A DNA stretch of 64,000 nucleotides from Salpingoeca rosetta (Eukaryota > Protista > Choanoflagellata), in NCBI GenBank assembly GCA_033442325.1, contig JAWQFM010000016.1, forward strand, positions 1,159,679 to 1,223,678. Reading direction: 5' to 3'. The notes beneath the pieces are model-generated. The model was not told where the DNA came from. It worked only from the letters and a program-made list of their open reading frames with translations, and made no database searches. A program made the position numbers and the translations under genes. Positions 32,030 through 44,970 of the stretch are shown one piece after another (within the stretch, counting starts at the first letter, position 1; each line of letters opens with the position of its first letter).

Positions 32030-33823
32030 CACACACACGCACACACACACGCTTACGCGTCGTGCAGGTCTTCGCGGTATCCGAGCTGGCGGATAAAGTT
32101 GAGCGACGATCCTGATGGCAGCCAACGACACACGAATCACATGTGTGTGTATGTGTGTGTGTGTGTGGGGGGGGTTCATTGCGTATAAATTGACGAGATG
32201 AGTGCTGCTGCACATGCACCACCACCAACACCACAAGGGCAGGATAAGCGAAGCCCCCTTCCCCACCGGGCGCGTGCGCATGTGTGTACCGATCATGAGG
32301 AGGATGTCAGCAATGGCAGAGGTGAGGTGCCACAGGTTGAAGAAGGCAAGGCGGTCAGGAAACGCTGCAGTGGTGGTGGTGGTGGTGATGGTGATAGTGG
32401 TGCGATGAGATGTGACTGGCAACACGAAATCCAAGTAAAGGAAGACAACAATAACGAGGAGGGGAAGAAGAAGAACGAGAAGGAAAACAGCAGCAGCAAC
32501 AAGAGCAAGAACAAGAACAAGAGCAAGAACAAGAACAACAACAACAACAACAACAACAAGAACGACACGTCGGTGCTTTCCCTATCACGCCACTCTTCCT
32601 CCTCCACCTCATCCCCCCACCCCCACCTCCGCCCCTCCCCTTTCACCGACTCCTTCCTTCTCCGCCCGCCTCTCAAGGCATCAACGTACTGAGGTCAGAC
32701 CAGACAAAGTCTTCTGGGTCGGTGCGTGGGCGATTGAGGTGCCGCTTTGCATAGCGGAAGGCAAGCAGACTCTTGTACATGGCCTTGAGCGTGAGCACCG
32801 CTGATGGGAGCGCAAACACGATGATGAGCGAATTGATGATCAACATTACGGGGCTGCACCGGGCGTCAACCAAGGTGGTGGTGGCAGTGATGATGGGTGT
32901 GGAGCGTGGAATTTGTAGCATATAGAAATGTGTGTGTGTGTGAGTGAGAGAGAAAATGTGAGAGACAAGGAAGCCGGGAGCAACATCGCCCCCCCCCCCA
33001 CACACACACACGGACACACATGAACAGAAGCCACCGCACTCCACCAACTCACTCTCATTTACCCGTTTCGCATCCATACACACGCATTCATACACACACA
33101 TATACACACGCACACACACGCACACAACACCTGGAGGCGTGGTTGATGAAGGAGGCGATTTTGACGTCGTAGTGAACACGACCGCCGCCGACGCTGAAGT
33201 CATAACGACCGGTGCACTTCCAGTGGAAATCGACATCCATGACCAGATGGTGGCGGCGAAACTGCTTCTGCTCGTTGTAGAAGTTGAAGTGCAGCATCAT
33301 CAGACGCACGCCTTGGAGGAAGACAGACACCTCCTCCAGTGTCATGTCTTTCAGCGGGCCAAGCGTGTCCGTCGGCGTGAGCGTGTACATGCGCGCATGC
33401 GTGTAGTTGTCCACGCTCATCATAATCGTGTCCTGGATGGCATACGGCGAGACGGTGGTGACGTTGAAGTCAAAGTACCCATTGACAGACTGGTTGAGGT
33501 GGTCAACGACCTCCGCCGTCGAGTACAGCGGCGTTGCACCCGACAGCATGGAATCCTCAATCGGGTTACCGAGCAGCTGCCGCAGCGAGTCGCTCGTGTT
33601 CTCCACAAAGTTGGAGTACTGCAGGTTGCGGACGGCAAACAGCGTGGTGGTGACCAGCACCACCAGCACGTTCAGCATGAACTTCCACGGGATCCGCCGG
33701 TGCAGACGGAACTTGACAAAGGGGGACGTGGTCATGCGCTCGACGTGGGTGAGGTGCCGTCGCGTGGATGCCTCGCGCCACAATCGCCGCGTCCAGTCCA
33801 CCGCCGCCTCCGTGCCGCGCTGA

Positions 33824-33887
<64 letters not shown>

Positions 33888-34485
33888 TCTGGTTGTGGTG
33901 GCCACCCTGCACGTCGTCGTCTCGGTCACTGTCGTCATCGACAGTGTTTGGAAAGTGTGCATGGTGCTCTTCTGAGTGCGGGTGCTGGTGTTGCCGCCTT
34001 GGGCGATGTTGCTGTTGCTGTTGTTGGGCGGAGCCGAAGGCGGCGTTGTGTGGGTGTGCTGCTGCAGTGGTCGCTGTCGCACTGATGCTGGACTCAGTGC
34101 CGACTGTCGTAGCTGTTGCGCTTGTGTCTGGGGTTTCGATGGTTGGTACAGACGGTCTGTGATGGACACTGTGATGATCGCTGTGATGTGGAGGGTGCAG
34201 CCTGGTCTCGCTGTGCACGTGTCTGGGCTCGAGGTGCTCGTAGCTGTGCCTGCTCCGCAGCTGTCTGGTCTGGTGCGACGTTGCAGGGTCTGTGCTGGAG
34301 CTGCGTGCGCCTGGCGCAGGCGCCTCGCCCAATGCAGTTGACGTGTTGCCAGTCTGCTGCGCTGGCCTCTTTGGGCTGCCGTTCTCGAAATCCGGCATCT
34401 CCAGCACCAGCCCTGCTGGCTCGTTGATTGGGCCGAGCAGGGGCTCCTCCTCGACCTCGTCCTGATCCTTGCTGCCACCCCACAT
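29218..34485 (-). CDS. MCOLN: Mucolipin (TRPML)-family lysosomal cation channel
   Basis: MTTSPFVKFRLHRRIPWKFMLNVLVVLVTT (TRPML pre-S1/S1); FFNLWHLTSAIADILLMIG; GLGVFLAWVSLLKYM; pore helix/filter ATLFALLNGDSIL; IYLYAFCVIGITTVLNVFVFIIESGY (S6). Phase-consistent 3' exons end IRDHQRHIEDLMLQLQEME* at 29218. Confidence 0.92.
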
Positions 34486-34734
34486 CTTGAGAGCGGCTCG
34501 AAAGAGCGCTGAGATGGCTGCGGCGTGGCGGTGAACAGAAGGGGGCAGCTATGGCCCGTTGGTGCGTTGGCTGGTTGGCTTGTGCGAGTGGGATGCGTGG
34601 GATATGTGTGCGTTTGCAGCAACAACACACACCACAGCGAACACCACCAACGCTTCCTCCTGTTCTTCGCGGCCGCGAACAATTCAGCGAGGTTACGGAA
34701 AATCAAAGGAAGTCGCACATAATAATCGGCGGTG
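34486..34734. promoter_or_regulatory. Putative bidirectional promoter between mucolipin and the F-box gene
   Basis: Divergent ATGs at 34485 (-) and 34735 (+), 249 bp apart. Confidence 0.5.
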
Positions 34735-35506
34735 ATGGAAGCGGAGAACAACAACCGCCGCAACAGCAGTGGCCGTGGCGAAGAGGAGGATGGTGGTGGT
34801 GGTGATGTGTTGGTGGGGATTGAAGTGAGCACGCCCATCTTTTCCCGGTTCCACGAGCTGGACGTGGGATCGGGAACAGAAGAGCAAAGAGAGGGGGAGG
34901 TTGACGTCGTGGGCGCCGTGAGTGGGGAGAGGGAGGGGGAGAATGAAGCGGAGAACGGAAGCGGCATCTTGAGGGGTGGCGTTGCTAACGATGATGATGT
35001 GCTGGCTGGAGTGAGCGAGCTGCGAGCGCGGGTTCAAAGGGTTGTGTGGGCGTCCTCATCGTCGCCAATGCAGAGCAGCAGCGGTAGTTTTAGCATGACG
35101 TCCAACACCACTCTCCTAGCCAGCAGCATTGATCTTCCCGAGGCGCGCTTCAGCGACAGCAGCGATGAGGATGAGGAGGAGGAGGAGGAGGTTGGTAGCG
35201 TGGAGGGTGCAGGAGAACATTGGCTGCTGCATCAGAGACAAGCGGACCAAACTGAACAAAGGCAGCAGCGCCAAGGAATCAAGAACGGTGTGAAATCCCT
35301 TGCATCCACGCGACAGTCTGCAAGACATGTACACCATGGAACGCGTGCGTTTGTTGAGACGTCATCATCCGACAGCAGCGATGGTGATGATGATGACGGT
35401 GGTGATGATGATGACGGTGAGGACGGTGAGGACGGTGAGGACGGCGCAGGTTGGTTTGAGCAACCGGCAGGCTATAAACAGCAGCAGGGGGATGAAAGAG
35501 GTGCAG

Positions 35507-35545
<39 letters not shown>

Positions 35546-38500
35546 TGAAGCAGCAGCATGATGATGATGATGGCACCAGCGTTGAGACAGCTGAACGCAT
35601 TGTTCAGCGGAGGGCACAGGTGCCCTCTGCTACTGCACTGGAGGAGTTTCGTGCCGCTTGGAAGCAAGAGCTCAAACAACAACAGCAGCAACAGCAGCAA
35701 CAGCAGGTGCAGAAGCAAGACGGTGAGGCCAACAAAGCACAGGCGTTAAAGCAGGGGGCGATTACACCCACCTCAACGGGCCTGGGCGACATGTCAACAA
35801 CAGATGGACCACGATCACCATCGTCAGCGCACGTGGCAGATCGCGTGTTCTTCATGCAGTCACGGCCCGACGCAGGCTTCAACCCACTGGAGGTTGTGGT
35901 GCCGCCACGAGGGAGGCAGCGGCCCACCACAGACCTCCTCGCCCGCCCCTGGCGCATCAGCAGCGGGACTGGCGATAAGGACTACAAGCAGTGCATCACA
36001 TCGTCGCTTGTGGAGCCGCGGGAGGAGGAGGCCGTCTACTTTCCGCCGCCACTGCAGCGCGTGCGGGCACACCGTGCTGATGGTGGCGGTGGTGGTGGTG
36101 GGGATGGTAGTGACGGTGGTAATGACCAGAGTTGCAGTCGTAAGAGCAGAAGTGGTGTGAGCGATGGGGGAGGGGAGCGAGCACGTGTTGACGCAACACG
36201 TGATGGGGATGGTGTTGATGCAGTTGTACATGATCGAGACGATCGAAGACGCGTTGGTTCCGACAGCACCACGCCCACAGCACAAGCAGCACCTGCGAGC
36301 AATGACAGCCGCCACGATGGTGGTGCGTTGGGTGGTGCACGCGATGTGCCACTGACGCTTGCAACCCTTCCTGAGGAGCTGCTACTGGCAATATTCGCCC
36401 GCCTGTCGTTTGCGGATCTGTGCGTGTGTGCCATGGTTTGTCGACGGTTTTATGACATCTCTGCCCGCATCGCAACGCCCTGGCGACATCTGCAGCTCAA
36501 TGTCAGTTGCAGTGGTGGTGTGTTATGGTGTGGTGTGGTGCGTTGTGTGGTGTGTGTGGTGTGTTGTGATGTACTTTTCTGTGCTGTGCTTTGCTGTTGT
36601 GTTGTGTTGTGTTGTGCTGTACTTTTCTGTGCTGTGCTTTGCTTTGTGTTGTGTTGTGTTGTGTTGTGTTGTGCAGATGTGTATGCGTGTGTTGTGTGCA
36701 TTGCTTTCAAGCCAGACCTCCCTTGTTCTCACACCACTCACCTCATTTGCACACCGTGTCTCCGCTTGACCAACGTTCGCTTTCTCCCTCCACCAAATCT
36801 GCAGGTGCTTGACTGGGAAGTGCGCGACACATTTGCGTTCAATGCCATCGCCGCTGCCACGCGTCGCACCACCGTCACGTCCATCAATCTCCAAGACTGC
36901 ACCGGCATCACTGATCGCCTGCTGCAGCTGCTGGAACAGCACCCGGCATGGCTCACCCATCTCCACAGACTCAACCTCAGCAGATGCGACAAGGTGTTTG
37001 TCTGTGTGTTTTTTGTGTGTGTGTGTGTGTGTGCGCGTGTGTGTGTGTATGTGTGTTTGTATGTGTGTGTCTGGTGTGTGTGTGCATTGTTTTACTTGTG
37101 CGTCATCATCGTGACCGGGTCAGCTGTTGACACTACGTGTGTTGTCGCCTCATGTACAGATCACGTGCGGCCCCACGGGTAAGCTGCTGGCGACAACGCA
37201 ACACCTGCGCCACCTCGATCTCTCCGAATGCTTCCAGCTCTCTGCCGACATCACCCCTGGTACGCATGAAGTGCTGTTTGTTTGTGTGTTTGTGTGTATG
37301 TGTGTTTGTGTGTGTGTGTGTGTTTGTGTGCGTGTAAGCAGCTGTAAATGCACACGCTCTCTCCCTCTCCCTCCCTCTCTTTTTATCTCTCTCTCTATCT
37401 CTATCTCTCTGTCACTCACTGACGGCCGTGCACCTTCTCCCACACCGCCACCATCCCCAAATACACCCACCCTGCAGCCATTGCGGCGCTGGATGGTCTG
37501 CACTCTCTTCAGCTGTCGCACGTGTTTGACTTGACAGACGAGCACATGGAGGTCATATGCACGGGCTGTCGCCACTTGAAGCACCTCGCCCTCAAGGTGA
37601 ACACGAGACAAAGTTGGGGGAGGTTGAGTGGTGCATTGTGCACGTGTCGAGCTTGTCCGTGGACTCACGTGCTCTCGTCGCTGTGTAGCATGCACACACA
37701 CACACACACACACACGCACACACACACACACACATACATACCCGCACACACACGCACACACACACATACCCGCACACATACACTCACACTCACACACACG
37801 TCTCATGCACGCGCACACCCATGTCCTCAGAATTGCGTGCGGCTGACGCCTGCGTGGCTGCTTGCTGCGCCGACGGGACTTGAGACGCTGGAGTTGGTGG
37901 ACCTGCCGCGCATGGACGATACGCTCGCAGAGGTGGTGGCTGCTGCGCCGCTCTTCAACACCATTCACACACACGCTCCCCACCACGACGTACACCACCG
38001 CCATCACCACCACGACGTACACCACCGCCACCATCCTCATCATCGCCAGCATGGCAATGTTGGTGGTGGGGTGACATCGTGCCCACGTGGGCTGGTGCGC
38101 GTGTCGTTGGCAGGGTGCTGCAACGTGACGGATGTCGGCATGACTGCGTTGTTGCTGCGCACGCCTGCTCTGACCTACGCCAACCTCTCTGGCTGCTACA
38201 TCATCACAGATGACAGTCTTCATGTCCTAGGTGCGTCACACATGTAACATTTGTGAAGACACTGAAGACGCCCTCTTTGATGGCTTGCGTGTATGCTCTT
38301 CATTCACTTGCGTGTATGCCACCCCGTTGAACCCTGGCCTGATTGTCACCAAATTATGACTCACACACGCAAATGTGCCCACACTCACACACATGCACAC
38401 ACACACACACCGCCCGCGCAATTCACACACACATACACACATGCACGCACGCACGCGTGCACTTCACACACGCAGCCACGTGCCCCGCGTTGCGGACGGC

Positions 38501-38657
38501 GCGGCTGAACGGCTGTGGAAACATCTCGGACCAAGGGTTGTTGCACGTTGCGTCTGCATGCTTGCATCTGACACGCGTCGACCTCTCCGACTGCGGCACC
38601 ATCACGCAGGCAGCCGTCGACAACATGATGATGGCCGGCATTGCGGTCCTGCGCTGA
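34735..38657 (+). CDS. F-box/leucine-rich-repeat protein (FBXL type) with long disordered N-terminus
   Basis: F-box LATLPEELLLAIFARLSFADLCVCAMVCRRFYDIS...WRHL (~36355-36495). Cys-containing LRRs SINLQDCTGITD, RLNLSRCDK, HLDLSECFQ, YANLSGCYIITD, RLNGCGNISD, RVDLSDCGTIT. Stop at 38657. Confidence 0.9.
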
Positions 38658-38766
38658 CACCAACGCCTCGTGTCGTGTACAAAGCGCACTGTTGAACGTG
38701 ACATGACATGATGTCTGCGCTCCATTGCACACACACATGCACACACATGCACACACATGCACACAT

Positions 38767-38886
<120 letters not shown>

Positions 38887-39354
38887 CACTCACTACATCA
38901 TTTCGTGTGTCGCTGTCAATGACGACAGACGACACACAAAGGCACTTGCTCGAGATGCTTGGCAATGTCACCCATAACTATCCTTTGTTTGCTGAAAGTT
39001 GGTATACATCTTCATTGAATATTCTGCAATCGCAGAAAGGAAGCACAGCGGAAACACCAGGCAGGCAAACGCCGCGACAAACCACTGCCCACCACAAACA
39101 CCCGGAGGAACAGCCACTGGTGAGTGAGGGTGTTGCGCAGACAAGTCTCACATCAAGCAAAGCAAAGCAAAGAAGCAAGGCGCTGCTTTGGTTGGTGTTG
39201 TTTTTGGGTGTGGTGCGTGTGCGACTTTGTTCATTTCTCCGTTGGCGATACTGCATTGTCGTGGTGAAATCACTCTGCTGTGTCTGTTCTTCAGCGTTCT
39301 CCACGCCCCCCCCCTCTCTTCTCTCACACACAAGACACACACCATCCATCCACG

Positions 39355-41019
39355 ATGAGCAGCAGCAACAACCGAGGCACCACGGCCGCTGATGCTGCGC
39401 AACGCAAGATCACCCATGCCCTCCTCGTTGATCCCAACTTGGAGGCGCAGCCAGAGTTCAGGCTTGGAGGTGTGTACGCTCACAACGACATGTGCGAGGG
39501 CCAACCTGTTACATGTGCGCACAAACCACACACACTCTCTCGTTTGGGTTTCCGGTTGTCGGTGATGAACGAAGGAAGAAGAGGAGGGGGAGGATGATGG
39601 TATGACATATGTGCGGTGTGTGTACGTGTGTGTGCGCGCGCGCGGTGTGCTCAAAACGGAAGACCACCCCGCATTTCGCAGAGCGCTGAGATCAAGTTTG
39701 ACAAGTTGAAGAAGTTGTTAGCGCCTCCTCACCTTTTCACTGTGCGCAAGGGGTCTTCTGTGCGTGTGTGTCGTTGGTAGCGGGTCAGCTTGAGGGCACG
39801 AAGAAATCGGTTGTGTGTGTGTGGGGGGGGGTAGACGAAGATGAGGGTGGATGTGGGCAAGAGGGGAGGAAGGTTGGCAAGAGTGTGGGATGAAGGATGG
39901 ACGTTGGGCCTGTTGTTGGGGAAAGGGGGATGTAGGATTTGGGTTTAGCAACACACACGCACGCACGCACGCACATGTGACGCTGTAGCTTCCAGGACCT
40001 CCCATAGTACACACATCACACCTCACACGCACACACATCAGCCCGCAGGCAGACAACACACCTCGTTCTCACACGATTTTGATTTGACACTTGTGTTGTT
40101 TCTCACAACATGAAACCCGCTGCACACCACATGAACCATCACCACTACATTAGGGCTGCCCTTTGTTGGCCACACGTTGCTGAACCTGAGCAGCGCGGGC
40201 GTGCTGAATGTGGTGGTTGTCACCAACACACGTGGCCTCGACTACCTGGAGAGCTACAAGGGCGTGCACACGCGCCTGAACATGGACGCCGTGGTTGTCG
40301 ACGACACGTGGAGCGGGTCGGAGGTGGACGGCATCATCAAGGCCGAGAGCAAGCTGCGCGACACCCCGTTTGTGTTTGTGGCCACCAACCACGCGCACGA
40401 CCCGGAGCTCATCTCCAAGATGGCGACGAGCGGGCACGTGCTCGACGGCACGGGCGCCGCGTGCCTGATTGAGCACGATGTGGAGGGCATGGTTGGCCTG
40501 CCACAGACGACCATCTTCGGCGCGTGGCCGGCGCTGGACGACTCGCACGTCACCGCTGTTGGCACCAACCTGAAGGCGTACAACGGCGTGTTTGCAGGCC
40601 TTGCCGCGTTCCCTGGCGACGTGTTCAAGAAGGCGCGCACGCTGCACGAGACAGACCCCGCCGCGGACCTCAGTGCCCTGCTCAACGTGTACGCGCGCAA
40701 GGACACGCTGCACCTGATCAAGAACGACGCCAAGAGCGTGTGGCTGGCCGGACTCACGGAGGCGTCACGCGACTTTAGCGTGCAGCAACTGGAGAAGATG
40801 GGATCGCCGCTCAAGCTGCAGACGGGCGAGGAGGTGGTGGTGCTCGGCGACCACTCGGCCTCCACCGACGAGGAAGGTGGTGATTGGTCGCTCTTCTCCG
40901 TCGAGAAGTGGCGAAACGCAGTCTTCACCACAAAGGTGTGTGTGTGTGTGTGCGTGCGTGCGCGTATTTGTGCGTGCGTGCGTGTGTGCGTGCGTGCGTG
41001 TACATGTGCGTGCGTGTGC

Positions 41020-41066
<47 letters not shown>

Positions 41067-42098
41067 CGTGCGTGTGTGCGTGTGTGCGTGTATGTGTGTG
41101 TGTGTGTACGCTGCCATGAATACACTTTGCGGTACACCGTCTTGTCGCTTGCCACAACCGCCTCCTCTCATTCTCCTCCTTCCTTTCCTTCTCTCCCCAC
41201 ACATCACCCCCCCTCCCCCCCCCCAATATTTGTATTTCTGCTGCAGTCCTTCTTTGAGCAGCTGTATGCGGACACGCACACGTTTATCGAGCAGCAGGTG
41301 GAGAAGCTTGGCGGCCGCGACAACGTGTGTCTGATTGAGGTTGGCTGCGGCACTGGCGAGACGATCATCCCGCTCGCCTCCGCTGCAAAGTACTGCATCG
41401 GCATCGACATCAACGAGGTGCGTGCAGTTGTGTGTATTCGTGTGAGCTTGAGAGTGAATGAGAGAGTGAGAGGGGGAGGAGGTACATGAACCATGACGCA
41501 AAAACACACACACATACAGACACACACACTCTCTCAACACCACGGCTCGTTTGAATTTACACGTCATCATCAAACACTTGCACCTCCTCCCCCCCCCCTC
41601 TCCGCCCGACAGGACTTTATCAAATACAGCCAGGTGCAGAACAAGGCGGACAACGTGCGGTTTGTGTGTGGCGATGCAACAAAGCTGCAGGAACTGCTGT
41701 CCACAAGCGAGGTGGCGGATTGGGCCGGCGAGCCATTACGCAAGCTGGTCATCTGCGTGGGAAACACCATTGGCATCATTCCAGAGTTTCTGCGCGACTC
41801 CATCTACCGCAACATGGCGGAGGTTGCCGGCGACGACGGCGCATGCGTGGTCATCTACTGGAACGGCAACTGCTTTGGCGAGGCGGTGCAGCACTTTTAC
41901 AACGAAAACCCGCAGCTGTGTGGACCGTTCAAAGGCAAGCACGTGGACTTCCAGGCGTGCACGCTGCAGACGCCGTCCGGGTACAACACCAAGTGGACCA
42001 AGCCCGAGGAGGCGCGGGAGCTGCTGCAGAGCAAAGGCCTGACCACGCTGGAGGTGGTCGAGCAGGGCAGGGGCGTGATGGCCGTGTTCAGAAAGTGA
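39355..42098 (+). CDS. Fusion of a degenerate sugar/phosphocholine nucleotidyltransferase-like domain and a class I SAM-dependent methyltransferase
   Basis: Exons 39355-39469, 40154-40935, 41247-41417, 41613-42098 are phase-consistent. [29 protein letters not shown] and PFVFVATNH resemble NTP_transferase. [15 protein letters not shown] and FVCGDA are SAM-binding motifs. Confidence 0.82.
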
Positions 42099-42741
42099 AC
42101 GCACCAGTCACCACGCACCACTCACTCACACGCGACGCTCAATGTGTGTGTGTGTGTGGGTGTGTGTGGGTGTGTGTGTATGAGGCCATGTGCAGGGGCT
42201 GCGCGCGGATTCATGGTTGGGATGGTGATGCGTAATTGACCTGATTGTGTGTTTGAGTGTGAGTGGAAGGGCACATTGATTTGGTACTGGTGTGTGCTTT
42301 TGGGATGGGTGGCTTTTCTTCTTTCATATCTTTGCCCCCACCTGTTGAGGTTGTTGCGTGTGTTAGGAGGGGGTGATTGTGGGTCGTGGCTTTCAACCAC
42401 AGCCTCCTCTTTCCACGCGCTGCTCACTTCGTTAATTCGGCAATGCCGTCGTGCTGCGATTGGAGCTGTGCGCGTTGTTACCGCGTTCCGCCCTCCGCCT
42501 TGCTCGCTTGCTGGCTGGCTTGCGTTGTCGTTTCGCCTGGTTCTCGCTGGCGCATCCTTACCTGCACCCAGCCTTGCTCGCCTCTCTGCCCCTTTGCTGT
42601 TTCCTCGCTGCCGTTATCCGTTGCGTGACAAGGCTTGGCTGCCATTGCCGAGCTCATTTCGGAGATTAGACAAACCAAACATACAGCACGGAAGTAGACG
42701 CCTTGTACACGTGCGTCTGCATGTGTGTGTGTGTGCGTCTG

Positions 42742-42777
<36 letters not shown>

Positions 42778-43031
42778 GAGACAAGTCGCCTGCAAACAAA
42801 ACACGCGCAAAGCAAGCAAGAGTGGCAAAACGTAAAAAGCGGCGCCTGCTCTCGCACACATTCGCCCATGCACACCGTTGCCCTTTGTTTGCCGCAATTG
42901 CTTTCCCCACCTCTGAGCGCTGGGAACCGTGTAAGATTTCAGCGAGTTTTCCCCAATAAACCACAACAAAACAACACACAACACACACAACCACGAAAAC
43001 ACAAACAAACGTTGGGTGGTGTTGTGTTGTG

Positions 43032-44274
43032 ATGTGGTTGGCTGTTGTTCTCGCGGTGCTGGTGCTCGTCATCAGCCTCAGCACACACGATGTGCAAGGT
43101 GAGCAGCTGTTACAGTACCTAGAATGGTGATGGTGGTGGCCATGCGAGTGCTGTTGGCTGTGCTGCTTGAGGGAAGGGCGTGTTGCACCGCAACGATGCG
43201 CTCGCTCGCTCACTCGCTGTGTGCTTGCTGTGTGGTTACTGTGTGGTTACTGTGTGCGTGCGTGTGGCAGGTGGGCACTTGAAGGTGCTGGTGCACAACG
43301 CCCGCGTGCAAAACAGGGACAAGAACGGACGCAGCGACCCTCGTGTGCAGATGTACGTGTCGGGCATCACAGGGTTCATGTACACAAGCGTCATTCAGAA
43401 TCGCCTCAACCCGTCATGGGAGGAGCTCATCGACTTTGGTCCTCTAGCAGACATCCCGGCAACGGTATGGCCGCTCTCTGTGTCTTGTGTTTGTGTGTTT
43501 GCGTGTGTGTGTGTGTGTGTGCATGTGTGTGTGTGTGCATGTGTGTGTTTGGTAGATTCGTGGTTCATCTTGGTGCTGTGTTCGTGTCGTTGCTTATGTG
43601 CCTCACGTTGTCTTCTGCTCGTTGTTGCTCCTGCTATTGACTGACTGGCAGGGTGTCCTTGTGTCGACGTTGGAAGACAGGGACAACAAAGTGAAGTTCC
43701 AACACGTACGTTCTGTGTGTGTGTGGTGTGTGTGTGTGTTGTGTGTGTGTGTGTGTGTGTGTTCGTCGTGGGGCTGAAGCGCATGCGTGCCTGCATTCAT
43801 ATCATGTGCACATCACTCACACACACACACACACACTCACACTCACTCACACATACTCTCTCACACTCACATACATGTACACATAGCTGTTCACGTTGAG
43901 CACGCCCTTCAACTTCACGGGCCGCGGATGCTTGGAGCAAACCAGGACAGTGAAGCAGTTCAGCGGCAACACCGTTCGCTTTCTCCGCTTCACCATGTAC
44001 TACACCCCAAGTGAGTCCAGCACCGCCATCCTGACGCGTGCAGCAACACCTTGCACTTGGGGAATACACAAGCACAGCACACTCCCGCGCATCACCCACA
44101 AGCTCGCACAGTGTCTCGCAATCACACCCTCGCTCTTCCTCCAACTCACCCTCTCCCTGCTGCTGTGTGTCATGACCAGCCAACCGGTGCCAGCCACCCT
44201 TCAGCGCGTCCTGCGGCGCTGGCGCTCGATGCGTCTGTCTCGGCAACCACGAGTTTGGGTACGAGCGACGTGCG

Positions 44275-44314
<40 letters not shown>

Positions 44315-44642
44315 TGTGTGTGTGTGTGTCTGTGTCTGTGTTCATCAAACACCAAACATGCTTTCTCGTCCCAAACAACCCTTCCCCCCCCCCCCACAGC
44401 TGCGTGTGCGAGGATGAGGAGGCAAACCAACAGGACAACGTCCACTGCCAGGTGTGCAAAAAGTCATGTTCACACTCGGCATTTTGCGTGCGTGCTCGCA
44501 TCTTTCTTATGTGTGTCTTCCCTCCGCATCACACACACACACTTTCACACACACTTTCACACACACACACACTCGCTTACACACACACACACACACACTT
44601 CACACACACTTCACACACACACACACTCGCTTACACACTCGC

Positions 44643-44683
<41 letters not shown>

Positions 44684-44924
44684 AGATTATATACAAATGT
44701 TCAACTAGCAAATGAGGACGTCCAGCATCGGAAGACCATGAAGAGTGCTTTGACGTGGGTCATCGAGTAGCCGTCAGTCCGCAGGGCACTAGTTTCTCAA
44801 TCCCCGGTCTCTACCGTTTAGTGGGCTGTAGGCTAGCGGGCTCGAGATCTAAGGGCACTTCCCTACCCTTTCGATGGTGATGACAGGATCTCGCAGGACA
44901 CACACACACACACACTACACTCGC

Positions 44925-44970
<46 letters not shown>

